Shown piece by piece: positions 21,639-30,573 of a stretch of DNA of 64,000 nt. Made by a program: the position numbers and the translations under genes. Each line of letters begins with the position of its first letter. Positions within the stretch are counted from its first letter, which is position 1. The stretch comes from an uncultured Candidatus Saccharibacteria bacterium. Lineage in GTDB: Bacteria; Patescibacteriota; WWE3; UBA101185; UBA10185. The notes below the pieces were generated by a model, which was given only the letters and a program-made list of their open reading frames with translations, had not been told where the DNA came from and did not search any database. The DNA is taken from contig CAYLMU010000003.1 of the NCBI GenBank assembly GCA_964385105.1, positions 2,470 through 66,469 of the forward strand. The letters are read 5' to 3'.

Positions 21639-21787
21639 TTTTCCCCCTTTGGAATTGGTCTGTAAATTAGTTTGAAGAAATTAAGAAATTGCAGGAATAG
21701 TTTTTCCGCTTCGTTATCAGTTAGTTCTATTTTGAATTTCTTGGAATACAGTTGTTTAAACTCCTGTATTGCTTGTTTGCTTAGCAT
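21632..21787 (-). CDS. Small 51-aa helical protein overlapping the Rep start (not in ORF track)
   Basis: Manual translation MLSKQAIQEFKQLYSKKFKIELTDNEAEKLFLQFLNFFKLIYRPIPKGEKC*. Confidence 0.75.
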   Translation of the reverse strand: MLSKQAIQEFKQLYSKKFKIELTDNEAEKLFLQFLNFFKLIYRPIPKGEKC

Positions 21788-21834
21788 AACTAAGCCCAAG
21801 CGTAGTGCTTAACAGGGGTTATGTTGCAACAGTT

Positions 21835-22404
21835 CTAGTCGTTATGTTCTTGTTCTAAAATTCTTCGCTTTACGGCTAATCTATAAGCTCCTTTGCCGTA
21901 TGATTCTATTCCTACAAAAGGGGATAATTTTGGGTAGTTTTTTAGTTTGTTTTGAAGATTGTTTAAAGTTGCTCTTGCTTTATCAGGGCCACAACCAAGT
22001 TGTTTAGCAATTAATTGAGTTTCTACAAATTCTCCCTTTGCGTCTGTTAATAGTTTAAATGCATTCTTTGCTTTGCTATTTTTCTTTTCAAAATCAATCT
22101 TTCCAAATCTTCCAAATTTATAGTATGTAAAGTTTCCACCCCACGAGAAATCAACAGGAAATTCTTTTCCCTTTAATGTATCAATAAATACTGGTTCTAT
22201 TTTCTCTTTTTTGGTAAGTAGTTTCTTTACTAATCCTGCAAACTCAAGTGGTGTTCTTACATCATGTTTTAAGGCTAAATACAGTCTTACTGCAATAACA
22301 CCCAATATCATTGCAAATACCCACCAAATTCTAATTACAGCCTCAAAAAAAGCTTTAGGAACACTATCCCACATTGTGTTTACTATTTCGTTATACATTT
22401 CCAT
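21835..22404 (-). CDS. Membrane-anchored protein with a C-terminal winged-helix-like domain
   Basis: TM at aa ~25-45; C-terminal LLTDAKGEFV..IAKQL..L+NKL..GKGAYRL resembles an OmpR-type wHTH. Confidence 0.55.
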   Translation of the reverse strand: MEMYNEIVNTMWDSVPKAFFEAVIRIWWVFAMILGVIAVRLYLALKHDVRTPLEFAGLVKKLLTKKEKIEPVFIDTLKGKEFPVDFSWGGNFTYYKFGRFGKIDFEKKNSKAKNAFKLLTDAKGEFVETQLIAKQLGCGPDKARATLNNLQNKLKNYPKLSPFVGIESYGKGAYRLAVKRRILEQEHND

Positions 22405-22530
22405 ATATTTAATTTTGAGCAGGGGAATACATTGCTATTTTACTATATAAAACAAAAAAGCTCAGAACACCTGCATATGATTGCAAAATGTCTGAGCTCT
22501 TTTGGTACTGCTTTCCTGACGTGTCGCCGA

Positions 22531-22911
22531 TTACCGTGCCGAAATGAACGCGTCGCGGTCGTACCAAACGCCCTTGTAGAACATCATGAAGCGCTCGTTA
22601 TGCCCCTCGTCGTACACGGTCGTCCAGAAGCCCGAAGTTTCCTTCGTCCAGCCGGCGGGTGCTTCGACTTCATAGAACAAATCGTCGTGGGTTTCCTTGA
22701 CCTTGAAGCCGAGACCTTCCAGATAGGGCTTGCTGTCGGGACCACTCGAAGCGCGGGCGTTCAGTTTGCGGGCGAGCATCCACTTGGCGCTTTCCGCAAT
22801 ACGGCGCTGTTCCGACTCCTCAATCCGCACGTTATCCCGCGCGGTGCGACCAGAAACGGTCATGGTGTCGGGGACTTCATCAGGGTTCGTACCAGGCTTA
22901 TACTTAGCCAT
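22531..22911 (-). CDS. Hypothetical phage-like protein, visibly higher GC than flanks
   Basis: GGAGG SD before ATG at 22911; DDLFYEVEAPAGW...FYK..WYDRDA pattern. Confidence 0.7.
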   Translation of the reverse strand: MAKYKPGTNPDEVPDTMTVSGRTARDNVRIEESEQRRIAESAKWMLARKLNARASSGPDSKPYLEGLGFKVKETHDDLFYEVEAPAGWTKETSGFWTTVYDEGHNERFMMFYKGVWYDRDAFISAR

Positions 22912-23405
22912 TCTAACCTCCATTTGGGTAGTTTTGGATATGACTTATTATAACACACTATAGGGTTAGTAGCAACTTTTATAGTTGTTGATTGGTTGCC
23001 ATATATTAGCACATTCTGTGATAAAATGGGTTCTAACTTGGTATATAGTCGCCCGCCAGTTGTTTAAATCGCCTTTTTTTGATGCTAAATGTACCTATTA
23101 ATATGACTTGTTGTATTGATATGACGATATTTCTTTATCTTTAATGTTTAATTTCCAAAGTTGCTTGTGCTGATTCCTTGGGAAATTTGCTTAACTGCTC
23201 TTTTATGAGTAATTGCTAGGTATATCTCTACCACCCTTAGTATTTCCATATATTCATCACTACGTATATAATCTCTGAATATAAATCTATCAAAAAGGGA
23301 TAAAAGTGTATTTATTAATTTATCGTAGCCAAGTTGATTAATTGTGCGACCTATAGTATAGTTAGCGCTAGAAATTATTGTTAAGGATAAGATAGGGAGT
23401 TGAAA

Positions 23406-23570
23406 ATGAACAAGTCAGGCAAAGTTCGTTTTATTCGTCGTAGTGTGATTTCCTTGGCCATAGGGTGGTCAGTTTCCAGAATTTGGTTCGTTCCTCCTGT
23501 TACGGAAAGGGATCTCGTCGTCGTGCTGGTAATGTTGGTGATCATCTACATCCTGCATTACGCAGAATAA
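23406..23570 (+). CDS. Small 54-aa two-TM protein (not in ORF track)
   Basis: GGGAG SD; MNKSGKVRFIRRSVISLAIGWSVSRIWFVPPVTERDLVVVLVMLVIIYILHYAE*; followed by a hairpin and T-run (23594-23642). Confidence 0.6.
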   Translation: MNKSGKVRFIRRSVISLAIGWSVSRIWFVPPVTERDLVVVLVMLVIIYILHYAE

Positions 23571-23796
23571 ATAGAAGATTTCACCACTAACCCAAACCCC
23601 AACTGGTTAACTACCAAGTTTTCCATGAGGGGTTTTCTTTTTATAAACCTTTTCCCAGTGATAAGATATTTATTGGATACATGGATAAATATTTTCCAAT
23701 ATCACTCCATGCTATCCGCCATAACACTGTAAATTTTAAATATGTAAAAATTCCATAAAAAAAGCTCGGGAGTCTCACTTTTATGCTAGCTAATTT

Positions 23797-24384
23797 TTAA
23801 TAATTATACAAATCCTCGTGCACCCTTTTATACGTCACCAACTCTTCAGGCTTAAACCACAAATTAATCTCTTCCTCAGCCTCCTCAATCGTACCAGATG
23901 CATGAATCATATTATAAATAGTTCTTTTTCGCAGTAGGCTGGTTATTGGCAATTCAAGCCCATAATCCCCTCTTATTGTGCCGGGTTGTGCTTCAAGTGA
24001 AAACGTAGGGCCAACCAATCTTCGTACCTTTTCAACAGCATGCGGACCTTCTAAAACAAATCCAAAAACCGGCCCCATTGTTATATAATCAACATTTGCT
24101 TTATTTACCATATCACCAATTGTTTCTGGATCATTTGTTCCGTAATATTCAGTAATATCTAAACCATGCATTTCGGCATCTTCAATGCGTAAATTTCCAA
24201 CCTTAATTTTCCATTCACTATCTTTTTTGTAATGATTAGCCACTTTTTCGGCATCGGCCATAAACAACTTCGCACCAACCATCTTAAGCCCGGCTCTTTC
24301 AAACCGGTTCAAAATTTCACCAATTATTCCGCGTTGTACCGCATCGGGTTTTATTAAAATTAAAGATCGTTCTACCACCACCAT
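23797..24384 (-). CDS. ndk: Nucleoside-diphosphate kinase
   Basis: ERSLILIKPDAVQRG, PGTIRGD, NMIHASG, EINLWF. Confidence 0.95.
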   Translation of the reverse strand: MVVVERSLILIKPDAVQRGIIGEILNRFERAGLKMVGAKLFMADAEKVANHYKKDSEWKIKVGNLRIEDAEMHGLDITEYYGTNDPETIGDMVNKANVDYITMGPVFGFVLEGPHAVEKVRRLVGPTFSLEAQPGTIRGDYGLELPITSLLRKRTIYNMIHASGTIEEAEEEINLWFKPEELVTYKRVHEDLYNY

Positions 24385-24400
24385 AAGCTTTTCGAGTATA

Positions 24401-25417
24401 TCACTCTAAAATCACCTCTTCAACACCGTAATCTCCTGTTGCATATACATGTAATATTGAAAATCTTGGACGTTGTAAGTTTCTTTGTGTAGCTACAGAA
24501 CCAACGACGTGGTGTGTTAGGCTATTTCGCACCGGATCCTTGTTTTCACTTGATTTGTGGTGGTCAGCCGCAAAAATAGCCTCTACCTTAGAGTCCCTAA
24601 CCGCCTCTAACAATACTTCAGCCTGTGATTTTACTTTTTTGTCAATTTTTCCGTCAAAAACACCCATTACTCTCGGGTTAACCGGATGATAAATAGGTTG
24701 AGACATTATTACAAAATCCGACTTTTTAATGTTACTTAGCTGCCAGTTTAAGGATTCTTCACTTATTGGAGTAAAGTTTGCGCTGTTGTCTAATAACAAA
24801 AAGGTTTTGCCTTGTACTTCAAACATTGAATTTGTTTCACCAAAAACTTGTATAAAATTGTCAGCTCCTACTGAATCAGCTAAATCATGATCACCGGGAA
24901 TTATATACCACTCAACGCTTGCACTGTTTAAAACCGATTTTGCAGCTTCCAGGCTTTTTATATCTCCCCATGCCGTGGCATCCCCCATATGCACAATATA
25001 ATCAACACCGGCTTCTTCAGCTTTGTTTATTGCTTTTTCCAACATATCGTTTTCATCACCTGAATCAGCAATTAACGCAACAGAAAACAATCTTTCGGAC
25101 TTTCGGTCTGAAGAAGTCTTTTCAGTTTGAACAGCTGCAACCTGCGGCAGTTCTTTATTTTGTTGTGAATTAATTTTGGTGTGTGCAAGCCGTTCTACAA
25201 ACTCACCGGCAACTACTCCTGCCGCATCCCCACTAAATCCTAATTTATTAAGAACCGGGGATGTATATTTTGATACAGCTATGGAATTAAAACTTGACAT
25301 CTGTTTAACCAACAAAGCTATAGCTATAACAAATGCACTTAAAATAACAATAGAAAATAAAGACCTAAACAGCCTTCCAAAAAGTCCGCGTTTTTTTTCT
25401 CTGCCTCTTTTTTGCAT
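24401..25417 (-). CDS. Membrane-anchored calcineurin-like metallophosphoesterase
   Basis: TM; IADS, HMGD, PGDHD, ADHH motifs (partly divergent). Confidence 0.8.
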   Translation of the reverse strand: MQKRGREKKRGLFGRLFRSLFSIVILSAFVIAIALLVKQMSSFNSIAVSKYTSPVLNKLGFSGDAAGVVAGEFVERLAHTKINSQQNKELPQVAAVQTEKTSSDRKSERLFSVALIADSGDENDMLEKAINKAEEAGVDYIVHMGDATAWGDIKSLEAAKSVLNSASVEWYIIPGDHDLADSVGADNFIQVFGETNSMFEVQGKTFLLLDNSANFTPISEESLNWQLSNIKKSDFVIMSQPIYHPVNPRVMGVFDGKIDKKVKSQAEVLLEAVRDSKVEAIFAADHHKSSENKDPVRNSLTHHVVGSVATQRNLQRPRFSILHVYATGDYGVEEVILE

Positions 25418-25419
25418 AG

Positions 25420-27375
25420 TTACATTTTATCTGGTGCATCAATACCAAGCAAATACAGTCCATTATTAATTACAATCTTAACAGCATGCGTCAAAGTTAA
25501 TCTAAATTTCTTTAACTCCTCAGTGTCCGCCATTAAAATCGGCAAATCATTATAAAATGAGTTATATTTTTGCGACAAATCAAATAAAAATGTACACAAC
25601 AAGTTTGGCGAAAACTCAAGTGCGGATTTTTCAATAATTTCGGTAAACTGATAAATCAATCTCAAAATGTCTATTTCTTTATCTGCAAGTTTCCCTTCCA
25701 TCTCTTCAACCAAAAGCATAAAGTTATGCTCATCAAACATATAACCTGACTTTGAAAGTACAGAGTTAGCTCTTGCATGAGTGTACTGAATGTATGGCCC
25801 TGTAAACCCAACAAGATTTAATGCCGAGTCCATGTCAAAAACCAAATCCTGAAATGTATTATACTTTAGCATTTCAAACTTTATGGCGCCATTTCTAACA
25901 ACTTCTCGTGTAGCAAAATCACCATGCTCATCCATAATCTTGTTGTCAACAATTTGAATAAAATCATCAATTTTAATTCCCCAGCCTTTTCTGCCACTCA
26001 TGCCATATTGGCTTTTACCGTAACTTATATCAATTCCAAGTTTTTCTGCTGTATTAGGCGACAAATAAACAAATCCATAATTAACATGGTGCATGTTTTC
26101 GGCCTGATTTACGTAGCCCAAGTACATTAATGAATTTTTTACCGATTCCATAGCGTATGTCTGTTTCACATCAATAACATTAATTACCTTGTCAACTCCC
26201 GAAAATGTCAAGTTATTATCGTTTTGGCTATCTGATTTTGCATTTGAAGTGGTTATCCAAAGAGGCTTATCTTGAGTTTTAACATCCAGCTTTTCATAAT
26301 AAAAATCCTTTTTTAACAACCCAAACTTCCACATATGATAAGCAATATCCTTACCCGTGTAGGTAGGAACGCCATTTGATCTGACTATAATCTTATCTTC
26401 TTCAACAGCTTTATTTTCTGTATTTTCGTTATCTCCATTTTTTGACATTTTAACCAGCCAGCAACCTTTTGACGAGCCTGATTCTGCAAAGTACACATTT
26501 TCATTCTTTTTTAAAATTTCAAAAGCTTCGTCCCAAATTCCCAATGAAACAATATCTCTTTCTCTTATCACAACATCATAATCAAATCCCAACTGTTTAA
26601 ACGTACGCAATTGCTCAACAAGTATCTTTTTTGACAATTCCTCCTGTTCCTTTGATACAGCATCATTCTCATCTTCCAGCCTCTTCATCAATTCTTCACG
26701 TTCTTTTTTCAAATCCTCGCTTTTTTCAATTAAACTTTCCATTTTCGAATAAACATCCCATGCGTAATGGTCAAATTTATCATAATCTTCAGGAGATATT
26801 TGGGTTATATGCTTTGTACCCATTAATGACGTGGTCACTTGTACCCCCAAATCATTATCAAAATATTGAACTTCTATATCACCGCCCAATTTTTCATAAA
26901 CCCGTTCAATAAACTGGCCAATACAAGCATTTCTTAAATGACCTATGTGTGCAGCTTTATTAGGATTCACGTTGGAATGCTCTAGTGCAACCCCTACATC
27001 TTTAAAAATTTCACCTGACCCATAGCTGTGTTCATTGGCGATGATTTCATAGAGTACATATTGTAACCACGAATCTGACATTGAAAAGTTAATGAAGCCC
27101 GGATTGGCATATGAGATTTTTTTAAAAATGTGGTATTTATGAATGTCATGACTTACTTCATACTCCAAGTCATTTAACTCATAGCTTAGTTTTTTGGCAA
27201 TGTCTATGGGAGATTGCTTAAGTTGGGCAGATAATTTTAGTGCAACATTTGTAGCATAGTCTCCCCACTCTAAATTATTCGGATGTTCAATATGAATCTG
27301 TTCAACCGGAATTTCTATTTCATACAAATTCCAAATAGCTTTTTTTATACTTTCTTTAATAACGTGATTTATCAT
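25420..27375 (-). CDS. argS: Arginine--tRNA ligase
   Basis: GDYATN, NPNKAAHIGHLRN, MSGRKG, GPYIQYTHAR, FYN, LGIDAPDKM. Confidence 0.96.
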   Translation of the reverse strand: MINHVIKESIKKAIWNLYEIEIPVEQIHIEHPNNLEWGDYATNVALKLSAQLKQSPIDIAKKLSYELNDLEYEVSHDIHKYHIFKKISYANPGFINFSMSDSWLQYVLYEIIANEHSYGSGEIFKDVGVALEHSNVNPNKAAHIGHLRNACIGQFIERVYEKLGGDIEVQYFDNDLGVQVTTSLMGTKHITQISPEDYDKFDHYAWDVYSKMESLIEKSEDLKKEREELMKRLEDENDAVSKEQEELSKKILVEQLRTFKQLGFDYDVVIRERDIVSLGIWDEAFEILKKNENVYFAESGSSKGCWLVKMSKNGDNENTENKAVEEDKIIVRSNGVPTYTGKDIAYHMWKFGLLKKDFYYEKLDVKTQDKPLWITTSNAKSDSQNDNNLTFSGVDKVINVIDVKQTYAMESVKNSLMYLGYVNQAENMHHVNYGFVYLSPNTAEKLGIDISYGKSQYGMSGRKGWGIKIDDFIQIVDNKIMDEHGDFATREVVRNGAIKFEMLKYNTFQDLVFDMDSALNLVGFTGPYIQYTHARANSVLSKSGYMFDEHNFMLLVEEMEGKLADKEIDILRLIYQFTEIIEKSALEFSPNLLCTFLFDLSQKYNSFYNDLPILMADTEELKKFRLTLTHAVKIVINNGLYLLGIDAPDKM

Positions 27376-27396
27376 TTTTATGATTATAACGCACTT

Positions 27397-28245
27397 TTAC
27401 TCAAAGCTAAATCTAATTGTTCCTTGTTGGTCGGTTCTTAAAACCTCAATTTTTCTACTTTTAAAATACATAAGTACTTCTTCACTCGGGTGTCCATAAC
27501 TGTTATTTCCAACACTTATCACAGCTCTTTTTATATCAAGCGCATCAATAAAAGCTTTGTTCAATCCATCTTTAGCCCCTTGATGAGATACTTTATAAAT
27601 ATCTAAGCCATTTTCTACTTTGCTAGTGATTGACTTGGTATCAATTTTTTGTAATATGTCTGATTCGGCATCACCAGTTAAAAGTACTTCGGTATCATCA
27701 TAATCAACCAACAAAACTACAGATAAATTATTTGGATTTTTGATGCTGTTTTTTTGCCTCTCATCATTTAGAAATTCACCTGAGGGCCATAAAATAATAA
27801 ATTCTACGCCGTCCAGAAGTAAACTTCCTTGTTCTATTGTTGCTTGACGCACATTCTTATTTTCAAGCAAATTTTTGAAATCATTATAAGCCCTACTCTT
27901 AAACGTCACATCATTGTGCAAAACCATACCAACCCTGCAGCGTTCCAATACTCTCAAAAGCCCAAACACATGATCTTTGTGCGGATGTGTTAATACAACA
28001 ACATCGAGATTACATTTTTGCAATGGCTTTAACTTATACAAAAAATAATCTATGTCATAACTTGAACCTCCATCTATTAGAACAGTTTTATTATTTGGCG
28101 TCTTCACATATATAGCGTCACCCTGACCTACATTAAAAAAAATAACATCCAAACTCCCTGAATCACTAATACCACCGTAAACCTGTTTAATAATCAAAAA
28201 AAGATAAAAAATAAAAATTAGATTAATGAACTTTCGTAAACTCAT
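27397..28245 (-). CDS. ComEC-type metallo-beta-lactamase (nuclease) domain as a separate gene
   Basis: FFNVGQGDA, THPHKDH, NNLSVV, LLTGDAE, KVSHQG, NSYGHPS, RTDQQG. ATG at 28245 overlaps the comEC stop region. Confidence 0.88.
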   Translation of the reverse strand: MSLRKFINLIFIFYLFLIIKQVYGGISDSGSLDVIFFNVGQGDAIYVKTPNNKTVLIDGGSSYDIDYFLYKLKPLQKCNLDVVVLTHPHKDHVFGLLRVLERCRVGMVLHNDVTFKSRAYNDFKNLLENKNVRQATIEQGSLLLDGVEFIILWPSGEFLNDERQKNSIKNPNNLSVVLLVDYDDTEVLLTGDAESDILQKIDTKSITSKVENGLDIYKVSHQGAKDGLNKAFIDALDIKRAVISVGNNSYGHPSEEVLMYFKSRKIEVLRTDQQGTIRFSFE

Positions 28246-29263
28246 TTTTCTTAAGCAAGCGGGGAACTGCCATAGCCATAAAATAATAAAACCAAATGAA
28301 TTGTATGCTCGGTTTAAAAATAATATTTGAATAGGGAAATGTTGAAAAGAAATAGCAGACCTCAATAAAAATATCCAATGGAACCATAATTATGTACGAA
28401 AATACTTGCCCCAAATAAACATTTAAAAACGACGCCACCAGGTATAGGCCTCCAACCACTGTAGATAACGGAATTAACCATAATACCAATGAATTAACCA
28501 GGGGACTTATTATACTAACCCTTTCAAAATGATATGCAATCAGTGGCCAAACCAATACCTGTGCTGCCAATGTAGAAATTAGGTCGGAAAAAAGAGCGTT
28601 TTTGCTTTTGAATAAACCACTAAATAGATCAGCAAACATAATTAAACCCAATGCGGCTAAAAAACTTAGTTGAAAGCTTAAACTATATAAATAAGTAGGA
28701 TTTATTGACACCATGACAAAACCTGAAAACAATAATATTTGCGTTACATCAATCTTTCGCCCATAAAATGTGCCTAAGCATACAATAGACCCCATAATCC
28801 AGGCTCTAACGACCGGAGGGTCAAATCCTGAAATTACCGCATAAACAAGTGTTGCGGTTAATGCAATCAATAAATTTCTATAGCTGTATTTTTTACCGAT
28901 AATTCGGTATACAAAAGCAAAAACAAGATTAATATTGTAACCGGAAACAACGATTACATGAACCGTCCCAACATCTCGAACGACGTCGTTAAACGTAGGA
29001 GTGTTATTTATGTCATTTATACCTAGTAAAACTCCCCCCAATAATTCGCTATGCGGACTAGGCAAATTTTGCTTTATTTTTTTATTTGAAAGCTCTCGAA
29101 ATTTTAAAACCTTATCTTCAATACCCAAAAATGACCTACCCCTCTCCTCAGACTGCTCAACTACTTCGGTACACTTCCATATGAAATAACTTTGACAATA
29201 GTTTGTTACTCTTAAATACGTTATTGTTGCAAACAAAAGGTACAATATATGACCCCTATGCAT
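28223..29263 (-). CDS. comEC: ComEC/Rec2 competence (membrane channel) domain
   Basis: GTVHVIVVSGYN, PVVRAWIM, SFQLSFLA; multiple TM helices. Confidence 0.9.
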   Translation of the reverse strand: MHRGHILYLLFATITYLRVTNYCQSYFIWKCTEVVEQSEERGRSFLGIEDKVLKFRELSNKKIKQNLPSPHSELLGGVLLGINDINNTPTFNDVVRDVGTVHVIVVSGYNINLVFAFVYRIIGKKYSYRNLLIALTATLVYAVISGFDPPVVRAWIMGSIVCLGTFYGRKIDVTQILLFSGFVMVSINPTYLYSLSFQLSFLAALGLIMFADLFSGLFKSKNALFSDLISTLAAQVLVWPLIAYHFERVSIISPLVNSLVLWLIPLSTVVGGLYLVASFLNVYLGQVFSYIIMVPLDIFIEVCYFFSTFPYSNIIFKPSIQFIWFYYFMAMAVPRLLKKNEFTKVH

Positions 29264-29961
29264 TAAAATCCTAAAGAACTTTCGATTTTTTTAAGCGTAC
29301 TCTCCGGAATCTTAGTTTTGCTAATTAATTCGGCCAAATTTGTATAGGGTCGATTCTCGATTATTTTTTGAGCATAAACCTTACCTATACCTTTTAAACT
29401 TTCAAGTTCCGTTTGCGACGCCGTATTAACATTTATTTTTGATAAATCCGATACTTCCGACTCATCAGATGCTGCTGATGAAGGCACTCCATTTAAATCT
29501 ATTGAATCCGGCTCAAAATTATTATTTACCGCTGTACTCTCTTGAACAGGTATACTTGCAACCAAAGAACGCTTGTTTTCTAAGTCATGTTCAAACGGAA
29601 TATAAACCTTTTGACTGTCTGTCAAAACCTGTGCCAAGTTTAATTGTCTACTCACCCACTCTTCTGAAGATTCATTTAACACATCACCACCCAATACTAA
29701 AAGATCAGCAACTCTTGCACCCTCATGTAATTTATAAATACCCGGACGTTCGATTGCTCCTGCTAAATCAACATATATAAAACTATCCTCTGTTTCATCA
29801 TTATTTGAAACAGTGATGTTGGTGTCTGAACTATTTTGGAGGTTATAGAAAATTAAATATAAAGTAACTGAAGCAACAATCAATATAAATAAAATTATGC
29901 TGAATTTCTCTTTGATTATGGACAATATTTGGATTATTAACTGACTGTGTTCTGAACTCAT
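29263..29961 (-). CDS. comEA: Competence DNA receptor ComEA (TM, SLBB and HhH)
   Basis: VDLAGAIERPGIY, LNLAQ.LTDSQKVYIP, INVNTAS..ELESLKGIG...A.KIIENRPY. Start chosen at ATG 29961. Confidence 0.92.
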   Translation of the reverse strand: MSSEHSQLIIQILSIIKEKFSIILFILIVASVTLYLIFYNLQNSSDTNITVSNNDETEDSFIYVDLAGAIERPGIYKLHEGARVADLLVLGGDVLNESSEEWVSRQLNLAQVLTDSQKVYIPFEHDLENKRSLVASIPVQESTAVNNNFEPDSIDLNGVPSSAASDESEVSDLSKINVNTASQTELESLKGIGKVYAQKIIENRPYTNLAELISKTKIPESTLKKIESSLGF

Positions 29962-30222
29962 ACCCGAAGTGTAATGCCACTCTAAAAAAAATTGAAGAGT
30001 GCTTTGTCTATTTTTAATAGATATTTGCAAAGTATTTCCCGCATTATTTCCGCAAGTAAATTTGCGATGTAGTTTTTACATTGTGGATAAATTTGGGACA
30101 AGTTAATATGTTATTATTTAACGCATTTTTCCCGCATACTTTTGACAAAGTAATTATTACACAATAGTCTACGCTCTATTAAAGATTATTTATTTGTACA
30201 ATGAGATATAATGAAAATGGGA

Positions 30223-30531
30223 TTATTTAGTCTTCTCTTCTTCAACTGCTTCTAACAGTGCTTCTCTAAAAAATTCATTCTTTTGTAAATCTTTAAGCAC
30301 CTTAACAATTTTGGCTTTATTCAAGTCATAGTAAACCTGTCTTCCTTTTTTATTATTCTTTAAAAGTCCTAGTGAAAATAGAACTCTTAAGTGATGAGAA
30401 GCTAAATTCTCCTCTACATTTAAGTGGTCAGCCACAGTACTTACGTTTTTTGGACCATCGCTAAGCATTTTTAAAATTTTGACTCTATTTTGATCGGAAA
30501 AAGCTTTTGAAAGCTTTAACATGTTTGCCAT
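30223..30531 (-). CDS. ArsR/SmtB family transcriptional regulator
   Basis: KAFSDQNRVKIL, SHHLRVL...GL, GRQVYY. Confidence 0.9.
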   Translation of the reverse strand: MANMLKLSKAFSDQNRVKILKMLSDGPKNVSTVADHLNVEENLASHHLRVLFSLGLLKNNKKGRQVYYDLNKAKIVKVLKDLQKNEFFREALLEAVEEEKTK

Positions 30532-30573
30532 GCCTACAATATACAATAATAATTAGAACGATGCAATACAGAT

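Larger units (their letters stand above)
18637..23722. mobile_element. ~5.1-kb integrative element (serine integrase, rolling-circle Rep, cargo) at the tRNA-Ser 3' end
   Basis: 8-bp direct repeat TCCGCCAT at 18637-18644 and 23715-23722; integrase and Rep inside; core gene ndk ends 75 bp beyond the right repeat. Confidence 0.75.

Noticed and set aside
22432-22953. 173-aa + strand ORF
   Set aside because: Antisense shadow of the GC-rich minus-strand gene, which has the SD and terminator.
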